Assembly (NCBI GenBank): GCA_002269645.1 | Contig: NIVC01003172.1 | Span: 50,705-114,704, forward strand | Direction of reading: 5' to 3' | DNA length: 64,000 bases | Source: Macrostomum lignano | Taxonomy: Eukaryota | Shown: one piece after another, positions 27,446 to 41,400 of the stretch | Layout: every line of letters begins with the position of its first letter | Numbering within the stretch: the stretch's first letter is position 1 | Position numbers and translations under genes: made by a program | The notes under the pieces: generated by a model | Database searches by the model: none | Seen by the model: only the letters and a program-made list of their open reading frames with translations | What the model was told of the DNA's origin: nothing

Positions 27446-30400
27446 TCAGTCACTCGCAGCCTCCCAGCCGCCAACCTCGTGCCACATCACGAAGCTGACC
27501 GAGTCGCCAGCTGCCATCAAAGTCTGTTCGAAGCCGCCGAAACCTGCAAAGTCGCTGCCGGAAGCAGCAGCCGCCGCCGCAGACACGTGATGCCAGTCGG
27601 ACAGCAGAGCCAGACCGCCGCTGCCGACAGGTCCGCCACCGCCGCCGCCGCGCTGTCGCCGATCAGTCGTTGATTCCAGAAGCGTCGACGCGGTTTCGCT
27701 GTCAGCGAAATTGTAGCCCAGCTGACATCGACGAACGACCGCTGCAGGCGGAGGCTGCTGCGGCGGAGCTGCCGGCTGTTCGTCGTCGCCCCCACCGCTG
27801 CCGAGGCAACGGCAGTTGAGGCAGTCGTGAGCGAGGCAGTCGGTGTCGCCGACAAAGGTGAACAACTCGGCCAGCTCTTGCCGAGTGAATCGGGGCGTCG
27901 ACGACTTCTTGGAGCCGTTGGCTCCGCTAATCAAAGCGGACGCGACGCCAGAGGCCGAGTCCAGGATGCTCCGGGATAGGCCGAGCTTCTTCACCTGGAG
28001 AATGAGTGTGTTTTTTTGCCATGGAGACCGGGTGGAAATAGACCGTTTTGTGACAGACTACCGACAAGAGTGACAGACTACTGACAGTGACAGTATACTT
28101 CTGACAAAGAGTGACATACTACTGACAGTGACAGTATACTTCTGACAAAGAGTGACATACTACTGACAGTGACAGTATACTTCTGACAAAGAGTGACATA
28201 CTACTGACAGTGACAGTATACTTCTGACAAAGAGTGACATACTACTGACAGTGTCAGGATACCCGACTGAGTGACATACTACTGACAGTGACAGTATACT
28301 TCTGACAAAGAGTGACATACTACTGACAGTATACTTCTGACAAAGAGTGACATACTACTGACAGTGACAGTATACTTCTGACAAAGAGTGACAGACTACT
28401 GACAGTGTCAGGATACTTCTGACAGAAGAGTGACAGACTACTGACAGTGTCAGGATACCTGACAGAGTGACAGACTACTGACAATGTCAGAATACCTGAC
28501 AGAGTGACAGACTACTGTATGAAAAACTGAGATCAGTGAAGCACAAAAGCAGCCAAAGCAGCGCCTGAGAACCTGTCTGAGAAAGATTCGCTCCTCAATG
28601 CTGCCCGCGGTCAGCAGCCTGTAGACGCTGCACGGCCTCCGCTGCCCCTCCCGCCAGATCCTAGCCGTAGCCTGGGCATCGTTGGCCGGATTCCAGTCGA
28701 TATCGAATAGAATCAAGTCGCTGGCACCCGTCAGGTTCAGGCCGACTCCGCCGGCTTTGGTGCTGAGCAGGAGGACCCGGCCGCCGCCGACGCCGATGCA
28801 GCGGGTGTCGTTGAACTGATCGACAAGCCGCTGACGAGTCGCCGTCGGCGTAGCACCGTCCAGGCGCAGGCTAGCCAAGCCGAGGGCGGCGCACAGGCGG
28901 CCCAGCAGGTCCAGCGTCTTCGTAGAATTCGACGCCAGGACGCAGTTGCGCCTGCGGCCGCGGCAGATGCGCTGCAGCAGCTGGGACGTCACCGACAGCT
29001 TGCCGGACGAGGAAGTGGCTACGAGATTGTCATCGATCAATTCGTTCAAGCCGCCGTCGGCGTCGAAGTCTAGCGGAAACTCCGACATCAGCTGGCGGGA
29101 CAAGTCGTCGTAGTTTTCGCTGTTGTCGGCCTCGACGCTGCTGCCGCCCCTCCCGCCAGCGGCTTGCTGCTTCTGGCGGATTGTGGGGAATAGCGGGAAA
29201 ATTATGGATGATTAACAGAACTTGTACAGTTGTTTCTTTCTAAATTAGTGCCAGATATTGATGGGATGGTTGGGGTGGGGATGGGATCTCTCGGGATGCG
29301 GATGGGATCTCTGGGGATGCGGATGGGATCTCTCGGGATGCGAATGGGATCTCTGGGGATGCGGATGGGATCTCTCGGGATGCGGATGGGATTTCTCGGG
29401 ATGCGAAAGGGATTTCTCGGGATGAGGATGGGATCTCCTAGGTAAGAATGGGATCTCCTAGGTGAGAATGGGATCTCTTAGGTGAGAATGGGATATTCTA
29501 GGTGGGAATGGGATATTCTAGGTGGGAATGGGATATTCTAGGTCATGATGGGATCTTCTAGGTGAGGATGGGATCTACGGGGGAAGATGGGATCTCTTTC
29601 CGGTTAAAGATCTGATTAGCTTGACGATGGGATCTCTTCATAGTGCCACTGGAACCATCAGTAAAAGCCGGGGAAAAATAGAAAACCTTGACACCAAGCA
29701 AAGCGTGCGCAGCCTACTACTTACAGCGACCAGATGCGCATGCAGCAAAGCGGGGTCGCTGGCCACCTTGCGCAGCAGCCCGATGAGGCGCAGGTGCTCA
29801 CCGTCAGCTAGGCGGGCCGTGTGGCCCAGCTCGTCCGACAGCACCTCGACGGCGGCGGCGCAGCCGCACACGACGTCGAATAGGCGGCGTTGAAGGTCGG
29901 ACGGCCGGCAGAAGATCACCAGTTCGCGCTTCGGCGGCAGGCTGCCGGCAGAGTCGATGTCCTCGTGGCATCGGCGCAGCACCATTGGGGCGATGAGGCG
30001 GCTCAGTCTGGTGTGGGGTGGTGTTTGTGGGACCTGCTGGTGCCTCCGTGTCCGAGATTTAAAGGGTCTTAGAATGGGGTTGAGGATGGGGTTGGGGATG
30101 GTGTTGAGGATGGGGTTGGGGATGGGGTTGAGGATGGGGTTGGGGATGGGGTTGGGGATGGGGTTGGGGATGGGGTTGGGGATGGGGTTGGGGATGGGTG
30201 CTGTGTATTGCAAAGGCATGCAATGCGTAGGGATAGTTCGGGGACAGGGTTTCTAGAAACTTCCACAGCAGGACTTGTTTACGCATTGTTCCAGAAGTTT
30301 CCTCTCCCGGTCTTTCTAGAACTTTCCTTCCCCGCGTGCATAAATATACGAGCCGCCCTTCTATTGGCCAAACCCTCTTTTGGTGCCACTGGGCGCCCGG

Positions 30401-33400
30401 ATAATTATCTATATTGTTTCTGCGTTTGTTAATTCAACAACAGAACAATGGGGTTGAGGATGGGGCTGAGGATGGGGTTGAAGATGGGGTTGAGGATGGG
30501 GCTGAGGATGGGGTCTTATGATGGGGTTGAAGATGGGGCTGAGGATGGGGTCTTATGATGGGGTTGAGGATGGGGCTGAGGATGGGGCTGAGGATGGGGT
30601 CTTATAATGGGGCTGAGGATGGCGTTGAGGATGGGATGGGGTCGAGGATGAAATGTAGGACGAGTATAGGATTGAAATAGAAGATCGTGTTGAGGTCGGG
30701 GTCAAAGATGGTCAGGTTTCGCACGAACTTCTCAGCCGCCGCCCGGCCCTTGTCCAGCTGGTCCTCCGTGGCGGCGGAGTCGGCCGCGGCGGCGATTCGC
30801 TCAACGAAGGCGGCCCGAAAATGCGGCCAGTCGCCCAGACGGCCGGGGCTGACGAAATCAACCAGGGTGTACAGCTCGTCCAGGTCGTTCTGCACCGGCG
30901 TGCCCGTCAGGACAATTCTGCGTTTGGCGCCAACCGCCGCCAGGGCCTGTGCTGTCTGGGTGGCCGCGTTCTTCAGCCTGTGGCCTTCGTCGCAGATCAA
31001 CAGGTCGAAGCTGATCGGTGCGGGAAAGCGGGTGAATTCTGATGACCACAAAGATTCAAATAACGACTTTCGTCCGCCTGACTTGGACCTCTCTCCTTAC
31101 TGCTCTCTAATTGGCTGAGCTAGATTGGACCTGCCCCCCCCCCCCGGCTGAGTTCCGTCCGTCTGACTTGGACTTCTCTCCTTTACTGCTCTCTCATTGG
31201 CTGAGCTAGATTGGGCCTACCCCCCCCCCCCGGCTAAGTTTTGTCCGTCCGACTTGGACCTCTCTCCTTACTGCTCTCTCATTAGCTGAGCTAGATTGGG
31301 CCTACCCCCGGCTAAGTTTTGTCCGTCTGACTTGGACCTCTCTCCTTACTGCTCTCTCATTAGCTGAGCTAGATTGGGCCTACCCCCGGCTAAGTTTTGT
31401 CCGTCTGACTTGGACCTCTCTCCTTACTGCTCTCTCATTGGCTGAGCTAGATTGAGCCTACCCCCCGGCTAAGTTTTGTCCGTCTGACTTGGACCTCTCT
31501 CCTTACTGCTCTCTCATTGGCTGAGCTAGATTGAGTCTACCCTCCCCCCGGCTGAGTTTCGTCCGTCTGACTTTGACCTCTATTCTTACTGCTCTCTCTT
31601 TAGCTGAGTTACATTGGTCCTGCCTCCTAGGCTGAGTTTCGTCCGTCTTGCATTGAGTTAGATGCTTGATGTTCATTCTTAACCTTACAAGAGGCCACAA
31701 ACCCGAGGAATGAAACGTCATTTTAGCTGCCACATTAAATTTAAATGGTACTGCGCAGACAAACTACTGAAAAAGAGTAGACGCTCTGTCTTTCCTCACA
31801 CTTTAATGGTAACATATAATTTTATAGTACCTGTGAAATTCCTGAAAAAACCAATGGAAAAAGTACAGACTGACTAGCTAATCGTAAAAACCAACACCCA
31901 CCTATGCTCAGAGAGCCTTGCCGCCCATCTCAGCAGCATCTCATAACTGATGAGCAGCACAGCCTGGCCCCGATAGTCCTCCGGCCTGGCGCCCTCGTGA
32001 CCAACGCAATAAAGCATTCTCGAGTCCAGCAGGGATCGAGCCCAGGGCAGCCATTTGTAGAATTCTCGCCTCCAATTGGCCACCAGGCTGCCCGGCGTCA
32101 CAATCAGCGCCCGACGGACCAGCGGCTTGGTGGCGCTGTACGGGCTGGAGTGCAGCAGAGTCCACACCAACGAGATGGACTGCAGAGTCTTGCCCAGGCC
32201 CATGGCGTCCGCCAGGATGGCCCCATAGCTGCCCGGGACCTGGGAACATATTTTGTGACTCAGTTACTTCTTACTCAGACAGTCATGCCTACTCAGCAAT
32301 ATCGAAAAGTCGCCATCACAGAAGATTCCGTCTGTGATCGCCAGTTTTGAGAGTGCAGGTGGATTCTCTCAATCTTTGCGAGTGACGCAACTCAGCTACG
32401 CCACGCGGCAGACTTGAGTTGAGAAATGAGGACGGATTAAAGCTACCCCGATCAGTTTTCTCGCATCTTTTATTTCAGAATAGTCCAAGAGAAATTGCTC
32501 ACTGGCGCATAGAGTGGCGACTTTCAAAGTTGCTGCTGAGTATACAACAGACACAGCGTGTACAGCGGCCCAGACTCTCTACTCGTCAGGCATGTACACA
32601 TTCTCCGCCTTCGCCCCTACCCAGACAATTTTTTGCTGCATCAGAACGGAGCAACGCATGCAGACACACGAAATCTCTAGAACACGGGCTAACTTTTTGT
32701 TGCGCACCTTCTCAAACCAGAGTCAAGTCGCCAGCCCTCTCTTCTTTAATATCTCTAGTCTGTTTATAGCAGGGGTCGGCGAACTCTGGACCGCGGGCCA
32801 CATGCGGCCCGCAAAGCCTCTCTATCCGGCCCTCGGGTCCTTTGAAACTGCACAATAGCAATCCGACCCGCTTAAGGTTTGTGTCTCTTCTAAGTTCTCT
32901 CCTCTCATCTCCTCTGTCATCTTATCTCCTCTCTCCTCTAATCGCATCTCATCTCCTCTCTCCTCTCATCTCCTCTCTTCTCTTCTCTTATCTCAGCTCA
33001 TCTCAGCTCATCTCCTCTCTCCTCTCATCTCCTCTCTCCTCTCATCTTCTCACTCCTCTCATCGCATCTTATCTCCTCTCTCTTCTCTCATCTCCTCACC
33101 TTTCGTCTCTCCTCTCATCTCTCCTCACTTCTCTATCTTATCTTTTATCTCATCTCTTCTCATATGTCGCCTCTCATCTCTCCAACTATTTTGTCATCTC
33201 TCATCTCCCCTTTCTTCTCTCTCCCCCATTTCATCTTCTTTCCACTCTCATCTGGCCCGCAGCAACCATTAAGACTCTTTATCTGGCCCTTAAGGTTTAT
33301 AAGGTTTATAGTCACCCGGTTTCCCCTCTTTAAGGTGCAAACAGCGTCTGAAAGACTAGTTGAGGATACCCAACAGTGGAGGTCTGCCAATTATCTGCTG

Positions 33401-35774
33401 AAGGTGCCGACGGAGTCGGGGTGATGACTGAATGCTCAAGAGACCAGCTGAGGATGTCCAGCAGTTGAGGCTTGCCAACTGTCGAGGCTTGATCAGCGAA
33501 ACTAGAGAAATTCGCAACAGGGTGTCCATAGTCAACTGGTGCCACCTGTTCAATGTCCAGAAGCTACGCCTGGGTGTAGGAAGCCAAAGCTGATCATGCA
33601 GACACATTTAGCCGACGTGCTGATGAAATCTGGAGGCTTGGCAAGGCTGCACTGAGGCGGAGTGCTGAATGGCCGACCTTCTGGCAGAATCCTTGAATAT
33701 CTTGACGGTCCGGAAAGCTGGCGACTTGACTCTTGTTTGAGAAGGTGCGCAACAAAGACTTACCCCTTGTCTTGAACTTTGCGTGAATACGAGCATTCGA
33801 GAAGACACTTAATCCCCCCCCACCTGGCTGCCCAGCACGCAGGAGTAAAGAAAAGCCACGCCGTCGCGCTGATGCCTCCGCAGCCGGGCTGTCAGACGCC
33901 GATCGACAACTACGTCGTACAGTTCGCCGCCATCGTCGCCGGCTTCGACATCCCTAGTATCGGCGCCCCGGTCCCGGTCCCAGAGCAGCGTCGGCGGTGG
34001 CGGCGGCAGGACGAAAGCGTCCGGATCGACGCCTGCAGCCAGGCCGGCCGGCACGCGGGGCGGCGGGACGGCCTCGGCGGTGGACAGAGCCACCGGTTTG
34101 AAGGCGGCGCGGGCGCGATAAGCGACAGCAGCGGCGGTGGCGGCAGCCTGCTCAGAACCAGACAGGTTCTGTCCGTCCAAAGACTGCGGCTGCTGAGCTG
34201 CTACTGGCTGGTCTGAGTTCGACTGAGAGCTAAGAAAGAGTTAGGGTTAGAGTGAACGTGAGAATGGTCGGACATGAGAATGGTCGGACATGAGAATGGT
34301 CGGACATGAGAATGGTCGGACATCAGAATGATGGGACATAAGAATGGTCGGACATGAGAATGATCGGACATGAGAATGGTCGGACATGAGAATGATCGGA
34401 CATGAGAATGATCGGACATGAGAATGATCGGACATGAGAATGATCGGACATAAGAATGGTCGGACATGAGAATGATCGGACATGAGAATGGTCGGACATG
34501 AGAATGATCGGACATGAGAATGATCGGACATAAGAATGGTCGGACATGAGAATGATCGGACATGAGAATGGTCGGACGTGAGAATGGTCGGACATGAGAA
34601 TGGTCGGACGTGAGAATGATCGGACATGAGAATAGTCGGACGTGAGAATGGTCGGACATGAGAATGGTGGGACATGAGAATGGTCGGACATGAGAATGGT
34701 GGGACAGAAGGAGCTCACCTAGCCGAAGGCTGTGGCGGAGCCTCGATGGGCCCGGCCGGGCCGCAGATTTCCACCAGACGGCCGCCCAGGCTGAGCCGGG
34801 AGCCCTCGTCCAGCTCGGCCAGCTCAGCCGGTTTCAGGTCGCAGCCGCGGCCGAGCACGGCGCCGGTGGCTGCGTCCAGCAGGATGGCAGTTCGGGCACC
34901 GAGGACACGAAGCAGGCCGTCGCCTTCCCACACCTGTTGGCCGGGGGGGGGGGGTTGAGGCTTGAGGATTAGGGAAGACTGAGGATTAGAGAGGCTTGAG
35001 GATTAGGGAGGCTTGAGAATTAGGGAGGCTTGAGGATTAGGGAGGCTTAAGAATTAGGGAGGCTTGAGGATTAGAGAAGACTGAGGATTAGAGGCTTGAG
35101 GATTAGAGAAGACTGAGGATTAGAGGCTTGAGGATTAGAGAAGACTGAGGATTAGAGGCTTGAGGATTAGAGAAGACTGAGGATTAGAGGCTTGAGGATT
35201 AGGGAGGCTTGAGAATTAGGGAGGCCTGAGGATTAGAGAAGACTACGGATAAGAGAAGCTTGAGTATCAGGGAGGCCTGAGTATCAGGGAGGCCTGAGGA
35301 TCAGGGAGGTCTGAGGATTAGAGGCTTGAAGATTAGAGAGGCTTGAGGATCAGGGAGGCTGAGGATCAGGGAGGTCTGAGGATTAGAGGCTTGAAGATTA
35401 GAGAGGCTTGAGTATCAGGGAGGCCTGAGGATCAGGGAGGTCTGAGGATTAGAGGCTTGAAGATTAGAGAGGCTTGAGGATCAGGGAGGCTGAGGACAAG
35501 GCTTAGACAATTGAACGAAACCAGACGAAAGGCCCACCTTGTGCTTCTTGGCGGAGTTCTTGCCCCAGACGCAGGCAAACTGCCTGCCCTCAGCAGCTGG
35601 TTTCGCATCCCCAGAGCCCGGCTGCTGTTCCTGACTATTTGAAGATTCGCGCAAGCAGACACTGCTGGCTGGTTGTTTTGGCTGTTGCTGCTGCTGCTGC
35701 TGAGCGAGACAGGGCCGCTTGGCCTGATGCCAGGACTGATAGGCCGATTGACTGGGCGCCCCGGACCGTCGCAT
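27446..35774 (-). CDS. RAD54B: RAD54B-like SNF2 DNA translocase, about 969 aa; exons 35774-35538, 34933-34719, 34229-33824, 32239-31902, 31010-30729, 30007-29725, 29172-28573, 27994-27446
   Basis: N-terminal MRRSGAPSQ and KKHKVWEGDG (RAD54B-specific); LRRHQRDGV, ILADAMGLGKT, DLLICDEGHRLKN, LTGTPVQNDL, LSTKAGGVGLNL, DIDWNPAND. All seven introns are GT-AG with matching phases. Confidence 0.93.
28062..28520. repeat. 41-bp tandem repeat in RAD54B intron 7
   Basis: CTGACAGTGACAGTATACTT recurs at 41-bp spacing. Confidence 0.9.
29270..29600. repeat. 21-bp tandem repeat (GGGATGCGGATGGGATCTCTC) in RAD54B intron 6
   Basis: Direct; drifts in sequence along the array. Confidence 0.9.
30071..30640. repeat. 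Two 12-bp G-rich arrays (GGGATGGGGTTG at 30071-30198; GAGGATGGGGCT at 30449-30640) in RAD54B intron 5
   Basis: Direct. Confidence 0.9.
31068..31650. repeat. About 78-bp tandem repeat, about 7 copies, in RAD54B intron 4
   Basis: CTTGGACCTCTCTCCTTACTG at 31331, 31409 and onward. Confidence 0.92.
32683..33769. mobile_element. Non-autonomous DNA transposon (MITE-like) with about 53-bp TIRs in RAD54B intron 3
   Basis: 32683-32735 (..TTTGTTGCGCACCTTCTCAAACCAGAGTCAAGTCGCCAGC) is the near-perfect reverse complement of 33717-33769; flanks TCTAGAA / TCTTGAA could be a degenerate TSD. Confidence 0.7.
32770..33303 (+). mobile_element. hAT/Charlie-like non-autonomous remnant nested in the MITE, with CT-rich filler
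   Basis: Starts CAGGGGTCGGCGAACTCTGGACCGCGGGCCACATGCGGCCCG, a typical hAT end; GTTTATAG at 32762-32769 and 33304-33311 (8-bp TSD-like); right TIR not seen. Confidence 0.5.
34255..34705. repeat. 16-bp tandem repeat (CATGAGAATGGTCGGA) filling RAD54B intron 2
   Basis: Direct. Confidence 0.96.
34955..35495. repeat. 17-19-bp tandem repeat (GAGGATTAGGGAGGCTT-like) filling RAD54B intron 1
   Basis: Direct. Confidence 0.92.
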
Positions 35775-35980
35775 ACTGTTATTAATTTCCTGCGCATGAA
35801 AGCATTGAAACCCAGGTAGTTAGAGGGCACCGCGTTCAAGCAGCTTTAACACAAACTCAGTGACTTCTAAAATACTCGTTGAATGTGTCAGCGGTATTGA
35901 ATGCTGTCAATCTGACACTCGTTTCAAATTTGCATGGCCGCTCTCCATACAGGCCCAGTGAAATTTTACCGATTCGAAAT

Positions 35981-36893
<913 letters not shown>

Positions 36894-37524
36894 TAGATAG
36901 ATACATAGATAGAATGTAGTGTATCGTAGATACCAGATTCCCAGTCCCTAAAAAAATTAATTTGCGATATTAAATGGCAACCCAGAGCGTGGCAGAAAAT
37001 AAAAACGCAAAAGAAGAGCCAACCAATAGATATTTAAGTTATAACAAAATTAGAAACACGGCGTTTTATAGTTTAAATTCATTGATGATAAATTGTTTAC
37101 GCAAAATAGCGCAAAATTAACTTTATAAATGCAGCCCAACACCGAAGTTGAATTGAAACAAAATCAAATGCTGAGCTCAGCTGATGAAACTGAACTCAAT
37201 GCAAATAGCGGTATAAAAGTAAGTTCACGGCTAGCATAGGTAAGCATTTTTATAAAAATATATAATAAATTAGGCCCTAAGAGACAAAAAATGCATTAAA
37301 AACTTAACCGAGTGTTAATTTAGACAAGTTTAAAAAATATAGTTATTAAAGCACCGATTCTAAATACATTGACTGTCGATCGAGCCATTGAGAGTTAATT
37401 ACAAGTTATACTTACACCAATAGAGATAGGAGAATGATTAACACCGGTATGCGATGTTACTATCAGTAATATATACTTAGGATGAATTTTAGCAGTCTTG
37501 AATTGGTCGCATTGGAATTAACAC

Positions 37525-38372
37525 AAATTCCAATAGTCTATGGCTTTAAGCGGCGGAGGAGGATAGGAATTCCAATAGTCTATGGCTTCAAGTGGAAGAG
37601 GATATGAATTCCAATAGTCTATGGCTTCAAGTGGAAGAGGATATGAATTCCAATAGTCTATGGCTTCAAGTGGAAGAGGATATGAATTCCAATAGTCTAT
37701 GGCTTTAATCGGCGGAGGAGAATAAATTCCAATAGTCTATGGCTTTAATCGGTGGAGGAGAATAGGAATTCCAATAGTCTATGGCTTTAATCGGTGGAGG
37801 AGAATAGGAATTCCAATAGTCTATGGGCTTTAAGCGGCGGAGGAGAATATGAATTCCAATAGTCTATCGGAGGAGGATATGAATTCCAATAGTCTATGGC
37901 TTTAATCGGCGGAGGAGAATAAATTCCAATAGTCTATGGCTTTTATCGGCGGAGGAGAATAGGAATTCCAATAGTCTATGGCTTTAATCGGTGGAGGAGA
38001 ATAGGAATTCCAATAGTCTATGGGCTTTAAGCGGCGGAGGAGAATAGGAATTCCAATAGTCTATCGGAGGAGAATAGGAATTCCAATAGTCTATGGCTTT
38101 AATCGGCGGAGGAGAATAAATTCCAATAGTCTATGGCTTTTATCGGCGGAGGAGAATAGGAATTCCAATAGTCTATGGCTTTAATCGGTGGAGGAGAATA
38201 GGAATTCCAATAGTCTATGGGCTTTAAGCGGCGGAGGAGAATAGGAATTCCAATAGTCTATCGGAGGAGGATAGGAATTCCAATAGTCTATGGGCTTAAA
38301 GCGGCGGAGAATAGGAATCCCAATAGTCTATGGCTTTAATCGGGGGTGAATATTAATTCCAATAGTCTATGG
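37525..38372. repeat. About 42-bp tandem repeat with a constant AATTCCAATAGTCTAT core, 3' of NDC80
   Basis: Direct; a five-unit variant block appears twice. Confidence 0.95.
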
Positions 38373-38415
38373 TTTTGCCGTTATTAATTCATAATATTGA
38401 AATAATAATAGATAA

Positions 38416-41400
38416 TTAATTTTCACCGTCATCATTCCCATTGCTACTAGACTTTTCAAGTTCTGGATTCTTGTCACTAACACAGCAAATCGCGGCCAAC
38501 AGCTCGGCGTCATCGCCGTCGCCGACATTGTCGTTGTCACCAACAACTCCGCCCCGATGCTGATCGTGCAGCTCTTGAATTCTGGGCAGAAGAGCGGCCA
38601 TCAGATTAGTATTATTAGTGGCCACAATATCGCTCACTATTGACACCAGCTGGTGGCTGCAGCGCCTGGTCAGTTCGGCTAATCGATCGCTTAGCCGTCG
38701 CCTATCCGAGTCGAGTTCGGCTCGCCTAGCAACTATTTCTATTTCCATCGAGCCGGCCTGTTTAACGGCATCGATAGCCGATGCGAGATTGCGCGACAAC
38801 TCGGCTTCAAAAACGGACAGCCGGCTGGCTGCGTCCCGCTCGCGTCTGACCGCCCGGGCCAGGCGCTCCTGCTGGCGATCGCAGGCCGCCTCCGCGCTCG
38901 CCAGCTGCTTTGTAGCTGCGTCCACGGATGCTGACAGCTGGTTGGGGAAAGGAAATGGGGTGACGGAATCGACTCAGCAAACCCATGACCTTTATTGTTA
39001 TCAGTAAGTCAATGACCTTAACTGTTATCAGCAAACCCATGACCTTCATTGTTATCAGCAAACCCACGACCTTTGTTATCAGCGAGCCCATGACCTTTAT
39101 TGTTATCTTACTTATACTCAAATAATCACCCACTGCTCATAATAATGAATGACCCACTGCTCATAGAATTGAATGACCCGCTGCTCATAATATTGAATGA
39201 CCCACTGCTCATAGAACTGAATGACCCACTGCTCATAATATTGAATGACCCACTGCTCATAGAACTGAATGACCCACTGCTCAAAGAATATTGAATGACC
39301 CACTGCTCATAGAATTAAATGACCCACTGCTCATAATATTGAACGACCCACTGCTCATAGAATTGAATGACCCACTGCTCATAGAATTGAATGACCTACT
39401 GCTCATAGAATTGAATGACCCACTGCTCATAGAATTGAATGACCTACTGCTCATAGAACTGAATGACCCACTGCTCATAGAATTGAATGACCCACTGCTC
39501 ATAGAATTTAATGACCCACTGCTCAGATGAAGTGAGCAACATCCAACTCAACGCACCTCCTGCAGTTTTGCCTCCTCCGATCGCCGCTTTGAAGCTTTCT
39601 CAGCCTCGATCATAGAATTAATAGTAGCCAGCCTGGCCTCCTGAGTCTCAACCGCATCAATAATGCTGTCTAGCCGCTTCCGAGCCTCCTCACGCTTACG
39701 ATTGGCCTCGCTGATTTGGTCAGCCAGATAGGCTAAATGACGCTTCACTGCCGGCTCAATAGCCTGATTGGACTGGTGCGCGTCATCGTTTAGCTCTGGC
39801 ACTGCGCGCTGCGGCAGGCCTAGATGGGCGAGCCGAACATTGACTTGGTTGCAGGCCTGTTGGGTGGAGAAGCAAGTTGCACTGTTGCGCGAGTTTGATG
39901 GTACGCTGCTCACATTACATTATTCGATGTGTATACCGGGTATGACTAAACATTTCTTCCCAACTGATCCTATTTCGTCTTAACTGATTCCATTTCTTCC
40001 CAACTGACCCTATTTCTCCCCAACTGATTCCATTTCTTCCCAACTGATCCCATTTCTTCCAGCTGATCCCATTTCTTCCCAATTGATTCCATTTCTTCCC
40101 AACTGATCCCATTTCTTACCAGCTGATCCCATTTCTTCCCAACTGATCCCATTTCTTCCCAACTGATCCCATTTCTTCCCAATTGATTCCATTTCTTCCC
40201 AACTGATCCCATTTCTTCCCAGCTGATCCCAATTCTTCCCAACTGATCCCATTTCTTCCTATCCCAACTGACCCTATTTCTTCCAGCTGATCCCATTTCT
40301 TCCCAACTGATCCCATTTCTTCCTATCCCAACTGACCCTATTTCTTCCAGCTGATCCCATTTCTTCCCAATTGATTCCATTTCTTTCCAACTGATCCCAT
40401 TTCTTACCAGCTGATCCCATTTCTTCCCAACTGATCCCATTTCTTCCCAACTGATCCCATTTCTTCCCAACTGATCCCATTTCTTACCAGCTGATCCCAT
40501 TTCTTCCCAACTGATCCCATTTCTTCCCAGCTGATCCCATTTTTTACCAGCTGATCCCATTTCTTCCCAACTGATTCCATTTCTTCCCAGCTGATCCCAT
40601 TTCTTACCAGCTGATCCCATTTCTTCCCAACTGATCCCATTTCTTCCCAGCTGATCCCATTTCTTCCCAGCTGATCCCAATTCTTCCCAACTGATCCCAT
40701 TTCTTCCTTAACTGATCCCATTTCTTCTCAACTGATCCCATTTCTTCTCAACTGATCCCATTTTTTCCCATCCCAACTGACCCTATTTCTTCCCTACTGA
40801 TCTCAATTTGTTCAAACTGATTCCATTTCTTCCCAACTGATTAAACTGATTTTAATTCTTCCCAAATCCCAACTGATCCTTATTCTTCTTAACTTAGGTA
40901 GAATTCACCTGGGACAATTTGTCGTGATCAGCACTCAGCTGCGTTTCGGAAGCCCAGATAGCTTGCTCCGTGTTGGCTAGTGTCTCGTCGAGCCGACCAA
41001 TATAGGACTCCAGCTCTTTGATGTCGCCGCGAATCGACATCACTTGGGCCTTTAGTCAATGAAAAAATAAACGTCATTATTTCTGAGACGATATGTAGCG
41101 AAAAAAACTTGAAAGCAGGTCATTTTCTTACTCGGTCGCTCCAAGGAATCGAACCCGGGGACAGATAACAACACAACTGTTTTTCGTGCCAATCATTTTT
41201 GCACCGCGTGCGAAATTTATAACAGTAAAATGTCTGCATTTCTACTTTCAGTAACTGATCTCTCGGACGTTATATTTTTAAAAAAAGTAAAAATCAATTC
41301 AAACAACGCACCTGAGACACTGGCTGGGCCCGGATCCGCTCAGACAGCTGCTCGCATTCGTCACGGAGCCGGTCGATCTGGGTGCGGCCGGCGGCCAGCT

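Noticed and set aside
41120-41215. tRNA gene on the minus strand in NDC80 intron 3
   Set aside because: Only a B-box (GGTTCGATTCC, 41145-41155) is clear; no cloverleaf or good A-box, so at most a SINE/tRNA scrap.
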